DNA of 64,000 nucleotides, from the NCBI GenBank assembly GCA_963555985.3, contig OY820591.1, positions 2,560,001-2,624,000 of the forward strand. Direction: 5' to 3'. Shown here piece by piece: positions 9,197 through 18,960 of this stretch. The notes beneath the pieces are model-generated. The model made no database searches, had not been told where the DNA came from, and saw nothing but the letters and a program-made list of their open reading frames with translations. The translations under genes were made by a program, and so were the position numbers. Within the stretch, counting starts at the first letter, position 1, and each line of letters begins with the position of its first letter. The stretch comes from Dehalococcoidia bacterium. Its GTDB lineage: Bacteria; Chloroflexota; Dehalococcoidia; Bin125.

Positions 9197-10156
9197 ATGC
9201 CTGTCTCCTTCGGCGTCCACACCGGCCAGCAGAACGTCACCATGGACGACCTGCGCCAACTCTGGCGCTGGATCGACGAGCAGGGCATGGACTGGATCTC
9301 GGTCTGGGATCACTTCTACGAAGCCCCGCCCATCGACGGCATGTCGCCCCACTTCGAGTCGCTCACCTGCATGGCCACGATCGCCGCGTTGACCGAGCGG
9401 GTCCGGATCGGCTGCCTCGTCTTCTGCGTGCCCTATCGCAACCCCGCCTATCTCGCCAAGTCGCTAATGACCCTCGATCACATCTCGCGCGGCCGGATCG
9501 AACCCGGACTCGGCGCGGGCTGGCACCAGATGGAGTTCGAGGGCTTCGGCTACGGCTGGCCTAGCCTCAAGACTCGCTTCGAGATGCTCGAAGAAGGCAC
9601 CCAGATCATCAAGGGGATGCTCTCCCAGACCCGAACCAGCTTCGAGGGCGTCCACTATCAAGCGCTCAACGCGACCAATGAGCCCGGCCCCGTTCAGGAG
9701 CACGTCCCCCTCTGGATCGGCGGCCGCGGCGAGCGCAAGACCTTGCGCATGGCCGCGCAGTACGCCGACGGCTGGAACGTGCCCTACATCGGACCCGAGG
9801 AATTCGAGCGGCTCTCTGGCGTGCTCGACGTTCGCTGCGCCGAGCAGGGCCGCGACCCCGCCACGATCGACCGCACCGTCAATCTCCAGTTCAATCTCAG
9901 CCCCACCCAGAAAGAGGCGGACGAAGCTCGCGCCAAGCTGAGCGAGCAGTGGGGCGACCAGGCCGAGCGCGTCTCCGAGGGCGCGCTGCAAGGCACCCCG
10001 GAAGACGCCTTCGACCGCGTCTCGATGTACTGCGACGCCGGCGCGGCCGGAGTCAACGTCGCCCTGCGCGCCCCCTGGAGCGACGACGCGTTTAACGCCT
10101 ACATCACCGAAGTCGTGCCCGCCCTGCGCGACAAGTACGGCGCAGTCGAGCTCTAG
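9197..10156 (+). CDS. LLM-class (probably F420-dependent) oxidoreductase
   Basis: SVWDHFY, RNPAYLAK, LDHISRGR..GLGAGW, PLWIGGRGE, ADGWN. Confidence 0.9.
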   Translation: MPVSFGVHTGQQNVTMDDLRQLWRWIDEQGMDWISVWDHFYEAPPIDGMSPHFESLTCMATIAALTERVRIGCLVFCVPYRNPAYLAKSLMTLDHISRGRIEPGLGAGWHQMEFEGFGYGWPSLKTRFEMLEEGTQIIKGMLSQTRTSFEGVHYQALNATNEPGPVQEHVPLWIGGRGERKTLRMAAQYADGWNVPYIGPEEFERLSGVLDVRCAEQGRDPATIDRTVNLQFNLSPTQKEADEARAKLSEQWGDQAERVSEGALQGTPEDAFDRVSMYCDAGAAGVNVALRAPWSDDAFNAYITEVVPALRDKYGAVEL

Positions 10157-10177
10157 CGCAAGCGTTAGAGTGACGCT

Positions 10178-11053
10178 ATGAGCGCTCTCGAGATCCAACA
10201 GTTGCCCGACGACCTCCGCGAGCCGGTGCTAATCGTCGCCTTCTTCGGCTGGAACGACGCCGCGGAAGCGGCCACCGACGCCGTGCGCTTCCTGCGCAAC
10301 CTGAGCCAGGAAGCGGCCTTCGCCACGATCGATCCCGACGAGTATTTCGTCTTCACCGAACACCGTCCCCAGGTGAAATGGATCGACGGCGACAACGCCC
10401 GCCGTGAGGTGATCTGGCCCCAGACCGATTTCACCGTCTTGCGTCAGCCCGAGGCCGAGCGCGATCTCATCCTCGGACTCGGCACCGAACCCGACCTGCG
10501 CTGGCGCAACTACTGCCAGCTGATCCTCGAAGTCGCCGAGCGCGCCGGCGCGAACGAGGTCGTCACACTGGGAGCGCTGCTTGCGGATGTGGCCCACACC
10601 CGTCCGATCCGCGTCCAGGGCGGCTCCTCCAACCCTGAACGCCAGCGCCAGCTCGGATTCCCGGCCTCGCGCTACGAAGGCCCGACCGGAATCGTCGGCT
10701 CGCTCGGCGACGCCTGCCGAATCGCCGATGTCTCCCACCTCGGCTTCTGGGCCTCGGTACCGCACTACGTCACCAGCAAGCACAACCCGGGCGCGACCAA
10801 AGCGCTGCTCCAACACGTCGCGCGAACCTACCAGCTCGATCTCGATCTGCGCCATCTCGACGGCGCGCAAGAGCGCTACCGCGCCCAGATCGATACCGCC
10901 CTGCAAGACAAACCCGATGTGCGCGATTACGTCCGCAACCTGGAAGCGCAGGCGGACAAGGAAGCAGCGGCGGCGGGCAGCGACGAACCCTCAGCCCTCG
11001 AAAGCCGCGACGTACTCGAAGAGATCGACCGCCTCCTGCGCGGCGAATCCTGA
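10178..11053 (+). CDS. PAC2 family (proteasome assembly chaperone-like) protein
   Basis: AFFGWNDAAEAA, GTEPDLRW, TLGALLADVAHTRP, YEGPTGIVG, WASVPHY. Confidence 0.9.
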   Translation: MSALEIQQLPDDLREPVLIVAFFGWNDAAEAATDAVRFLRNLSQEAAFATIDPDEYFVFTEHRPQVKWIDGDNARREVIWPQTDFTVLRQPEAERDLILGLGTEPDLRWRNYCQLILEVAERAGANEVVTLGALLADVAHTRPIRVQGGSSNPERQRQLGFPASRYEGPTGIVGSLGDACRIADVSHLGFWASVPHYVTSKHNPGATKALLQHVARTYQLDLDLRHLDGAQERYRAQIDTALQDKPDVRDYVRNLEAQADKEAAAAGSDEPSALESRDVLEEIDRLLRGES

Positions 11054-11085
11054 GCCCTCCGAACGAGCCAACTCCAACACAGGCC

Positions 11086-11820
11086 ATGACCGACAACGAC
11101 CAACCCTTCGTCAACGAAATCGAGGTGCGCGGACTGATCGTCGGCGCCTTCCAGGAGAACTGCTGGGTGATCGGCAACCGCCGCACGCGCGAGGCGATCT
11201 GCATCGACCCGGGCGAACAGGCCGACGACATCCTCCACATGGCCTCCGAGATGGGCGTCGAAATCAAACTGATCGCCAATTCCCACGCCCATCTCGATCA
11301 CGTGCTGGGCGTGCGCGGCGTACAGTCCGGCAACGACGCGCAGTTCCTGCTGCACGAAGCCGATCTGGACATCTTGCAGGGCGCGGCTGAGTCGGCGGCC
11401 CGTCTTGGACTAACCGGTGGGATGCAGGTCGAGCAGCCGCCCGACCCCGATCACTACATCGAAGACGAGCAAAAGGTCGAGGTCGACGGCGTCGAACTGC
11501 ACGTGATCCACACGCCCGGACACACGCGCGGTTCGGTCTGCTTCTACGGACACGGCGTGCTCTTCTCCGGCGACACCCTCTTCAAGCAGAGCATCGGCCG
11601 CACCGACCTCCCCGGCGGCGACTACAACCAGGAAATGTCCTCCATCGTCGACAAGCTGCTCCAGCTCCCCGACGAGACCATCGTCCTCCCCGGCCACATG
11701 GACCAGACCACCCTCGCAGCCGAGCGAACCCAAAACCCATTCATCCTCCAAACCCTCGCCCAACGCGGCCTCCGCCCCGGCGAACGCCAAACCCCCGGTG
11801 GCCTAATCCTGCCGAACTAG
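11086..11820 (+). CDS. MBL-fold metallo-hydrolase (glyoxalase II-like)
   Basis: SHAHLDHV, HTPGHT, FSGDTLF, SIGRTDLPGG, LPGH. Confidence 0.92.
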   Translation: MTDNDQPFVNEIEVRGLIVGAFQENCWVIGNRRTREAICIDPGEQADDILHMASEMGVEIKLIANSHAHLDHVLGVRGVQSGNDAQFLLHEADLDILQGAAESAARLGLTGGMQVEQPPDPDHYIEDEQKVEVDGVELHVIHTPGHTRGSVCFYGHGVLFSGDTLFKQSIGRTDLPGGDYNQEMSSIVDKLLQLPDETIVLPGHMDQTTLAAERTQNPFILQTLAQRGLRPGERQTPGGLILPN

Positions 11821-11879
11821 CAGGGGCCCCTGCCCAAACCCCCATCTCCACCATTCCCGCATAGAGAGAAATCAAAGAC

Positions 11880-12020
11880 CGCCATACCCGCGCTCCGCCG
11901 CGGAGCCTGTCCCGCGAAGGCGGGGATCACTCGCCGTGACCAGCACCAACCCCCAACACCACCTCCCCCAAATCTCCCCCTTGAGGGGGAGATGCCCCGC
12001 AGGGGCAGAGGGGGTGAGAA
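11880..12020. repeat. REP-like palindromes (family B plus family A)
   Basis: GCCATACCCGCGCTCCGCCGCGGAGCCTGTCCCGCGAAGGCGGGGATC and CTCCCCCTTGAGGGGGAGATGCCCCGCAGGGGCAGAGGGGG. Confidence 0.75.
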
Positions 12021-12165
12021 CGCCCCAGTCCTCTCCAATCCCCATCCTCAACCCGATCACCCCACACACCCCTCTGTCAACCAAAACACACCCCAACTCC
12101 AACACATACGAACACACATACGGTAAGCTCGACTATCCACCCACAGAACAAGAGAGCGAGCAAAG

Positions 12166-12942
12166 ATGAGCTTCCCCAACTTCCCCAACCCCGCCCGACG
12201 CGCCAAACTGCTCCAAGCACACCAACTCCGCCAACAAGGCCTCACCCTCCGCCAAATCGCCCAGGAGATGGGCTGCGCACACTCCACCGTCGCCGCCTAC
12301 CTCAAAGACTTCGAACTCTTCCGCGCCGACTTGATCCAGGAACTCGCCGCCGACCAACTCGTCGTCCACCTGCTCCAACTCGCCGACCTCGACGACCCCC
12401 ACCACGACCGCCGCCGCGCCGACATCCGCGAACTGCGCCTGCTGCTCACGGCCGTGCCCAAAATCCGCCGCGACGAATCCGAGCGCACCCAAGAACTCGT
12501 CCAGGGCGGCGTCAGCGTCGACCGCTACGGCCAACGCTACCCCAGGCCCGAACACTTCTTCCCCCCCACCCCCGAAGAAATCCAGCAGATCGAGGCACCT
12601 CCCGCCGAACCGAACGCCGACCTCGACCCCGACCAACCGCTCGCCCTCGCACCCGCACCCAGCCGAACGGAACCGAACGCCTCCGAACACGACGAACGCG
12701 CCCAAGACGCCGACGCACCGGCCCGAACAGAACCGAACAAGCCCGAACACGCAATCGAGCAATCCCCCAACCACAACAGCGAATCGAACCAACCCGGCCA
12801 GAATCCCCCGTCCCAAGCGCCCTACCCCGGCTACATCGACGACCCCCAAGACCCCCTGATCCAGGCCGTCGACGGCCCTGACCCCTGGATCCGCGAGTAC
12901 CTTGAACTCAGCCGCCAGCGCCAGCGACAACTCCCCGCCTAA
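12166..12942 (+). CDS. Helix-turn-helix protein with disordered repeat tail
   Basis: LRQQGLTLRQIAQEMGCAHSTVAAYL HTH; C-terminal Pro/acidic region with RTEPN repeats. Confidence 0.75.
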   Translation: MSFPNFPNPARRAKLLQAHQLRQQGLTLRQIAQEMGCAHSTVAAYLKDFELFRADLIQELAADQLVVHLLQLADLDDPHHDRRRADIRELRLLLTAVPKIRRDESERTQELVQGGVSVDRYGQRYPRPEHFFPPTPEEIQQIEAPPAEPNADLDPDQPLALAPAPSRTEPNASEHDERAQDADAPARTEPNKPEHAIEQSPNHNSESNQPGQNPPSQAPYPGYIDDPQDPLIQAVDGPDPWIREYLELSRQRQRQLPA

Positions 12943-12949
12943 TCCCCAT

Positions 12950-13160
12950 TTCCGTCATTCCCGCGAACGCGGGAATCCATGCGGCGTCTCGAGCGGGATG
13001 CGCATTCCCGCCTACCGAGACCGTTGCCAAAGCCGCAATCTCCTCCCCCCCTTGCGGAGCTCTCCTCTCCCCCCTTGCGGAGCCTGTCCCCGCGTAGGCG
13101 GGGAGGGAGATGTCACGTAGTGCCTGCCCCCGCGCAGGCGGGGGACAGAGGGGGGGCTGC
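12950..13160. repeat. REP-like palindromes (family B pair, family A with nested modules)
   Basis: GTCATTCCCGCGAACGCGGGAATCC; duplicated CTCCCCCCTTGCGGAGC; GAGATGTCAC...GACAGAGGGGGG. Confidence 0.75.
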
Positions 13161-13419
13161 GCCAACCAGATGGGATCACGCGCCAACAGCCCTGTCCGCC
13201 TCCTCCAACCGAACCCGGCCGGGCTGAACGAACCTGAACACCTGAACAGCGATTAGCCCAGCCAACACAGGAGATCCGCAATTCAGCCCGCCGCGAGAAA
13301 TTTCTCCCTGAACACCTCTCATTTTCCCGGCTCGCCCCGCAAAACTGTGCGCCCACCCAACCTGCCCGACGCCCTGCGATAAGATGCACCCAGAGACCCA
13401 TCCCCAAACGGAGCACCTC

Positions 13420-14604
13420 ATGGTCGACTTCCACGACAACAACGACGAAGCCGCGTTCCGCACTCAGGTTCGCTCGTTCATCTCCGACGAATTTCTGCCC
13501 CGCCGCAACAAGATGCGCGAAGAGGCCCGCGCCGCGCAGCCCTTCGACCGCCCGCCCACACAGCGCGAGTGGGAGAAAGAACTGGCCAATCGCGGCTGGA
13601 TCGCACCCGCCTGGCCCAAGCAGTACGGCGGCGCCGGACTCTCCGTCATGCAGCAGTTCATCTTCAACGAGGAGATGGCCGAGGCCCGCGCTCCGCGACC
13701 AGGCGGCATCGCCATCGGCATGGCCGGACCCACCATCATCACGATCGGCACCGAAGAGCAGCAGCAAGAACACCTGCCGCCGATCCTCAGCGGCGACACA
13801 ATCTGGTGCCAGGGCTACTCCGAACCCGGCTCCGGCTCCGACCTCGCCTCGCTCCAAACCCGCGCGGTCAAAGACGGCGACGATTTCGTCGTCAACGGAC
13901 AGAAGATCTGGACCTCCGGCGCGCACAAGTCGGACTGGATGATCCTGCTCGCCCGCACCGACCCCGACGCGCCCAAGCACAAGGGCATCACCTACTTCGT
14001 GCTCGACATGCATTCGCCCGGCGTCTCCACCCGCCCCCTGGTCAACATGGCCGGTACCCACGAGTTCAACGAGGTCTTCTTCGAAGACGTCCGCATTCCC
14101 CAGCGCAACGTGCTCGGCGAGGTCAACCGCGGCTGGTATGGCGCCGTCACCACGCTCGACTTCGAGCGCAGCAGCATCGGCTCCGCCGTCGGGATGCGGC
14201 AGTCGGTCGAGGACATCATCCGCTACGCGAAGGAGAACCGGGGCACCGGCCTCTCCTCGGTCGACCGCCGCGAGACCAAACTCGCCCTCACCGACCGCTA
14301 CATCGAGACCCAGACCGCGCGCATGATCTCCTACCGCATCGTCTCGATGCAAAACCAGGGACTGATCCCCAACCATGAAGCCTCAATGGCCAAACTCTTC
14401 GCCATGGAGCTGAACCAGCGCATCACCGCCACCGCCGTCAAGGTGCTCGGTCTCCACGGTCAGCTCCAGGGCCGCAACGCCCCCCGCCGCGGCCGCCACG
14501 CCTACGGCTTCATCCGCTCCATCGCCAACACCATCGAGGGCGGAACCTCCGAAATCCAGCGCAACATCATCGCCACCCGAGGCCTCGGCCTCCCGCGCGG
14601 TTAG
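13420..14604 (+). CDS. Acyl-CoA dehydrogenase family protein
   Basis: WCQGYSEPGSGSDLASL, NGQKIWTS, FNEVFFEDV, TIEGGTSEIQR; ATG at 13420 after a GGAG. Confidence 0.95.
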   Translation: MVDFHDNNDEAAFRTQVRSFISDEFLPRRNKMREEARAAQPFDRPPTQREWEKELANRGWIAPAWPKQYGGAGLSVMQQFIFNEEMAEARAPRPGGIAIGMAGPTIITIGTEEQQQEHLPPILSGDTIWCQGYSEPGSGSDLASLQTRAVKDGDDFVVNGQKIWTSGAHKSDWMILLARTDPDAPKHKGITYFVLDMHSPGVSTRPLVNMAGTHEFNEVFFEDVRIPQRNVLGEVNRGWYGAVTTLDFERSSIGSAVGMRQSVEDIIRYAKENRGTGLSSVDRRETKLALTDRYIETQTARMISYRIVSMQNQGLIPNHEASMAKLFAMELNQRITATAVKVLGLHGQLQGRNAPRRGRHAYGFIRSIANTIEGGTSEIQRNIIATRGLGLPRG

Positions 14605-14674
14605 CAACCATAGGAAGCGCAGCCAGAAATCCCCTCTCCCCTAGGGAGACCTGCGCGCAAATCAAAAGAAAGAT

Positions 14675-14710
14675 CGTCATACCCGCGCTTGCCGCGGGTA
14701 TCTCGCCGCG
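14675..14710. repeat. REP-like palindrome (family B)
   Basis: GTCATACCCGCGCTTGCCGCGGGTATCTCG between convergent genes. Confidence 0.7.
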
Positions 14711-14755
14711 TCCTGCTCCGTCGTCGCCGACGCCGCTGTGGGCGAACCCCCTACC

Positions 14756-15217
14756 TCAATCCACCACCAAGTCCGCACCCAGATCCGCCCCGCAAACCAC
14801 CCCCCGACCGTTAAACCACGCCGACAACCCCGCCGCCACCACCTCCACATCCCCCACAACAATCCGGCAGCTCGCCTGCTGCCAACGCTGGTTCAGGTAG
14901 ACGCCCCCCCGCCGCTGACCCGGAATCCGCCGCTGAAAGATCAGCCCGTCCGGATCACGAGGATCGTGGATCACCAGCGCTCCATCACCAACCGCATCGG
15001 CCACCGCCGCCGACAACCGCGCCGCAACCTCATCCCCCGCACCCGCCGCAACAATCCAGACCCGCTGATCGCCCGGCACGCCCGCATCATCCAGCCACCG
15101 TGCGATCCTGCGCGCTACGACCGCCGCGCGGCGCAGCGCCAGCGTCGGCGCAAGCGCGATCGCCACATCGTCGGCGCGAGTGATGCTCAACACATCGAGA
15201 TCGTCGCGGAGAGTCAT
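14756..15217 (-). CDS. Hypothetical protein resembling a truncated lactate racemase (LarA) N-terminal domain
   Basis: WIVAAG, VIHDPRD, GVYLNQRWQQASCRIVVG echo LarA_N motifs (IIVATG, NHD, VxINR..ADxxIxxG); translationally coupled to the upstream ORF. Confidence 0.45.
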   Translation of the reverse strand: MTLRDDLDVLSITRADDVAIALAPTLALRRAAVVARRIARWLDDAGVPGDQRVWIVAAGAGDEVAARLSAAVADAVGDGALVIHDPRDPDGLIFQRRIPGQRRGGVYLNQRWQQASCRIVVGDVEVVAAGLSAWFNGRGVVCGADLGADLVVD

Positions 15218-15804
15218 TCACGCTCCAACATCCACCGCACCATAGAACCAGCTGGTTCGGCCGCATCGTCAATCCAGAACACCTCATGCCCACCGCACCT
15301 GTCCAGTCGCGCTCCTGGATCGGAACGCACCACCGCGACGCCCGACCACTCGCCGCCGGGACCGTCCCCTGCGCAGATTGCCGACACCGGCTCGCCCGCG
15401 AACGCGGCAAGGTATACGCCCTCCACAGCGACATACGCGCCCACAAGCTCCACCAAATCCCAGAGTTGATCCGGCCCCACCACCGCCGACGCTGGAATCA
15501 GCCCCAGTCCGTCGCGCTCGACGTAGTCCAGCAGTCCGAGCGCCCTCGTCGCCGACCAAACGTGACGCTCGTCGTCAGGGAGGATTATGACCAGTGTGAC
15601 GGCAGCCGGCGGCTCGCTGGGCACGATCAGCGCCGCCGGCGGCTCCTCCCGCAGCTGCACCACCGTATGCTCGCGAGCAAGTTCCTGCGTCGCCGCTTCA
15701 AACGTCGGCTCTGAAGTCCCGAACAAGTACAGGTAAACCAGCGCTACAACGAACGCAACCAGCGGTACGCCAAGACCAACGATCGCCAGTTTGCGCCGCA
15801 TCAA
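15214..15804 (-). CDS. Hypothetical membrane-anchored protein, possibly a degenerate alpha/beta hydrolase
   Basis: N-terminal TM; LVIIL.., GLGLIP, GVYLAAF loosely parallel the upstream esterase domains; no GxSxG. Confidence 0.55.
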   Translation of the reverse strand: MMRRKLAIVGLGVPLVAFVVALVYLYLFGTSEPTFEAATQELAREHTVVQLREEPPAALIVPSEPPAAVTLVIILPDDERHVWSATRALGLLDYVERDGLGLIPASAVVGPDQLWDLVELVGAYVAVEGVYLAAFAGEPVSAICAGDGPGGEWSGVAVVRSDPGARLDRCGGHEVFWIDDAAEPAGSMVRWMLERE

Positions 15805-15807
15805 TCG

Positions 15808-17775
15808 CTAGTTCGTCCGCGACTCGTTGAACAGCCAGTTCAACAGCCGATCGGGCCAGTCATCCTGGAAGTCCGGACTGTGGCCGCCACCGTCTACGGT
15901 CCAGACTTCGATCGTGATGCCGTCGACACAACCCTCGCGAATGCGCTGCACCGCCGTCTCACTGCCAGCGATCTCGCGATCGAGATCGATCGCCGGGAGC
16001 CGCTCCGCGTCCTCGATGTCCTGGACACTACAATTGGCTCGCGCGGCCCAGCTCGACATCAGCTCGGCCACTCCGGGATAGCGCGCGTCTGGCTTGGGAT
16101 CGCTCATCGTGCCGGCGTAGGGGATGATCCAGTCGGCGCTGCCGTGGATCTGCAGCACCGAGACCGGCGCGGCGTCGGCGCAGTGGCCCAGTTCGCTGGA
16201 CGACAGCCCGCCCAGACTGGCAATCGCCGTCAACCCATGCAGTCCGCCACAGGCAAGGCGGTAGGACATGAACCCGCCGTTGGAGTAGCCGACGACGAAC
16301 ACGCCGGAGATCTCGGCGAACTGCCGCGCCTCCTTGACCAATCCCGAAATCCAGAGGTAGTCATCAGGTCCGTCGGTCTTGGTCGCTGCTTCAGAATGAG
16401 CGGTGTTCCAGAACGTGTTGCCGCGCGCGTCGACGCTGCCTTGAGGCGTAATCAGCGCAAACCCATACTCGAGCAGGCGCGAAGAGAGTCCAAAGTACTC
16501 GTCATGCCAATCCGCCTGACCGCCGTATCCATGCAGCGACACGACCAGCGGGAGCGGCGCGCCGCCGCGCTCAGCTGGCAACATCAGCTGAGCCGTTCGC
16601 TCAACGCCGATCGTGATCTCCTCAACAGCCGGCACGGCCGTGCCGTAGTAGACGCTGCTCAACCAGCCCAGAATGCCCAAGCTGAAGTCGGTCTCCCAGA
16701 CGAGCGGGATGTGGCCGCCGCCCTCGATCGTCCAAAGCTCGATCACGACCTGCTCGGCGCAGTCCTGGATGAACCGGTGGACCAACGTCTCCGCGCCCTC
16801 AACACTGGTGTCAGTGTCGATCCGCGGCAGCGCTTCAGCAGCGTCGACGTTGCAGCCGGCGCGTTCGGCCCAGCGCAGGATCGACTCCTTGGCCCCGGGC
16901 ACGGCCGCACGATCCGGATCGGGATGCGCAGGCAACCGACCACCCTCGTAGAGCACATCCCCATCCTTGGTGCCATGAATCTGTAGCACCGAGAGCGGCG
17001 ACGGCGCGCGACACTCCGACTCGTCGGCGAACGCGCCCCCAGCCAGGCTGACGATCGCGGTCAGACCAGGCACCTCTTCGCAAGCCAACCGATACGCCAT
17101 GAAGCCGCCGTTCGAATGGCCAACGGCGAAGACCTGATCGAAGTTGGCATGTTCGCCCGCCTCCGCGATGATCGATTTGATGTAGCCGACATCATTCGGC
17201 TGCCCCCCGAAGATGTCGCAACACTCAGGCGTAGCGTTCCAGAACTGATCTCCGTTGGCATTGGCCGTCCCATCCGGAATCAGCAAACCAAACTCGCCCT
17301 CGTCTACGAATTCTCCGAAACCGAAGTACAGGTCCGCCTCCAACGAGTTACTGCCGTAGCCATGCAGCAAGATCACCAGAGGCAGCGGTTCCGACAGCTC
17401 GATCCCGTCCGGCAGGAACAACATCGCCGGGCGCTGGCCGCCGACCATCAGCGAACCCCAGCGGTCGGGATCGACCATCCGCCCGACACGTACTCGCGGC
17501 TGCGTCTGCTCGTCCGGCTGCGCCTCGGTCTCTGTGGATTCGTCAGGCGCGGCCTGTGCTTCGGGTTGAGCTTCGGACTCGGAGACGGTCTCCGCCTCGG
17601 ATTGAACCGGCTCCGGCTGAGCCGCCTGCTGCGCCTGCCGCTCCGGTTGCTCGGCTGTCTGCTGCGCCGCGAGAGATGGCTCAGACTGCCCCGGCGAAGT
17701 CGAGTCATCCTCGCCGCAGGCGGCGATGAAGCCGCTCAACACCGCAGCCAACAACAGGATGATCAACAAACGCAT
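15808..17775 (-). CDS. Lipoprotein with two tandem PHB-depolymerase/LpqC-type esterase domains
   Basis: Lipobox IAAC, Gln/Glu linker; two domains each with LHGYG, G(H/Y)SNGG, QIHG, GGGH. Confidence 0.88.
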   Translation of the reverse strand: MRLLIILLLAAVLSGFIAACGEDDSTSPGQSEPSLAAQQTAEQPERQAQQAAQPEPVQSEAETVSESEAQPEAQAAPDESTETEAQPDEQTQPRVRVGRMVDPDRWGSLMVGGQRPAMLFLPDGIELSEPLPLVILLHGYGSNSLEADLYFGFGEFVDEGEFGLLIPDGTANANGDQFWNATPECCDIFGGQPNDVGYIKSIIAEAGEHANFDQVFAVGHSNGGFMAYRLACEEVPGLTAIVSLAGGAFADESECRAPSPLSVLQIHGTKDGDVLYEGGRLPAHPDPDRAAVPGAKESILRWAERAGCNVDAAEALPRIDTDTSVEGAETLVHRFIQDCAEQVVIELWTIEGGGHIPLVWETDFSLGILGWLSSVYYGTAVPAVEEITIGVERTAQLMLPAERGGAPLPLVVSLHGYGGQADWHDEYFGLSSRLLEYGFALITPQGSVDARGNTFWNTAHSEAATKTDGPDDYLWISGLVKEARQFAEISGVFVVGYSNGGFMSYRLACGGLHGLTAIASLGGLSSSELGHCADAAPVSVLQIHGSADWIIPYAGTMSDPKPDARYPGVAELMSSWAARANCSVQDIEDAERLPAIDLDREIAGSETAVQRIREGCVDGITIEVWTVDGGGHSPDFQDDWPDRLLNWLFNESRTN

Positions 17776-17898
17776 AGCAACAGCGTAAGACCACTCGGCA
17801 GCTCAATCTCGGCGCAAGGGACAGTCCCGGCTGCTAGCCTTGCCCCGCCTGCAAGCAGCCGAGCGGCGGGCAACCTGAGTTTGAGGACGGAGCCAATC

Positions 17899-18939
17899 AT
17901 GCGACGCGCGGCCTGGAATGCAGATCGAACGCTCAGTGTGCACGACGACCCACAACGCGCTCCCGCAGAGGGCGAGGTGCGCGTCCAGGTCGTCAATGCC
18001 GGCATCTGCGGCTCCGATCTGCACTGGTACCGAGGCGATTTCCAGCCCGAGGCGCTGCGCACCCCCGGCCACGAAATCGGCGGCATCGTCGCGGCCGTCG
18101 GCCCGGGCGTCGATCACGTCAAAGAGGGCGACGTCGTCGGCGTCGAACCCCTGCTCCGCTGCGGCGCCTGCGGGCACTGCCGCTCGGGTCACTACAACCA
18201 GTGCCAAGTCGCCGGTGGACTCATCGGCATCGCGGTCGACGGCGGCATGGCCCAGGATGTCTTCGCTCCCGGCGTCGCCGTCTTCAAGGCCCCGCCCAAC
18301 ATCGACGGCGAAGTCGCCGCCATCGCCGAGCCGCTCGCCTGCGGGGTGCACGGCTACAACATGGCCACCCTCGGCCAGGGAGAAACCGTCCTGGTCATCG
18401 GCGCCGGCACGATCGGACTCACCGCCCAGCTCGCCGCCCAAGCCGCCGGCGCCAACGTCATCGTCCTGGCCCGCCACCCGCATCAGCAGGAAGCCGCCCG
18501 CAATCTCGGCGCGGCAGAGGTGATCGGCGAGGACGAAGCCGGTCAGCAGCGGCTCAAAGAACTGACCGACGACGACGCCATCGATGTCGTCGCCGAGTGC
18601 GTCGGCGGCCACGCCGACACCATCCGCCAGTCAGTCGACGCCGTCCGCCGACTGGGACGAGTGATCGTCCTCGGCGTTTTCGCGATCGACGATGTCGGCT
18701 TCAACCCACTCACGCTGCTCGGCAAAGAAATCACGATGGTCGGCGCAGTCACCTACGGCGCACTCGGCGGACGCACGCCCGACTACCAACAGGCGCTCGA
18801 TGTCCTCTCCGGCTGCACCGAGGAAGCCCGCTCCCTGATCACCCACCGCTTCACCCTCGACGACGTAAACACCGCCTTCGCCACCGCCCTCGACAAGAGC
18901 TCAAAGTCAATCAAGGTCCACCTCACCCCGAACGCCTAG
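17899..18939 (+). CDS. Zn-dependent alcohol dehydrogenase (MDR family)
   Basis: GICGSD, GHE, CGACGHCRSGHYNQC, GAGTIG; ATG at 17899. Confidence 0.93.
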   Translation: MRRAAWNADRTLSVHDDPQRAPAEGEVRVQVVNAGICGSDLHWYRGDFQPEALRTPGHEIGGIVAAVGPGVDHVKEGDVVGVEPLLRCGACGHCRSGHYNQCQVAGGLIGIAVDGGMAQDVFAPGVAVFKAPPNIDGEVAAIAEPLACGVHGYNMATLGQGETVLVIGAGTIGLTAQLAAQAAGANVIVLARHPHQQEAARNLGAAEVIGEDEAGQQRLKELTDDDAIDVVAECVGGHADTIRQSVDAVRRLGRVIVLGVFAIDDVGFNPLTLLGKEITMVGAVTYGALGGRTPDYQQALDVLSGCTEEARSLITHRFTLDDVNTAFATALDKSSKSIKVHLTPNA

Positions 18940-18960
18940 CCAGCGAGGACGGAGCCGATC

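Noticed and set aside
12109-12122. LexA-like box CGAACACACATACG upstream of the HTH gene
   Set aside because: The right half deviates from GAAC-N4-GTTC; better explained as part of a short direct repeat
17116-17898. N-terminal extension of the Zn-ADH ORF (also the extensions at 61281-62405 and 54992-55231)
   Set aside because: They overlap other real genes; paralogue alignment or RBS position supports the internal starts
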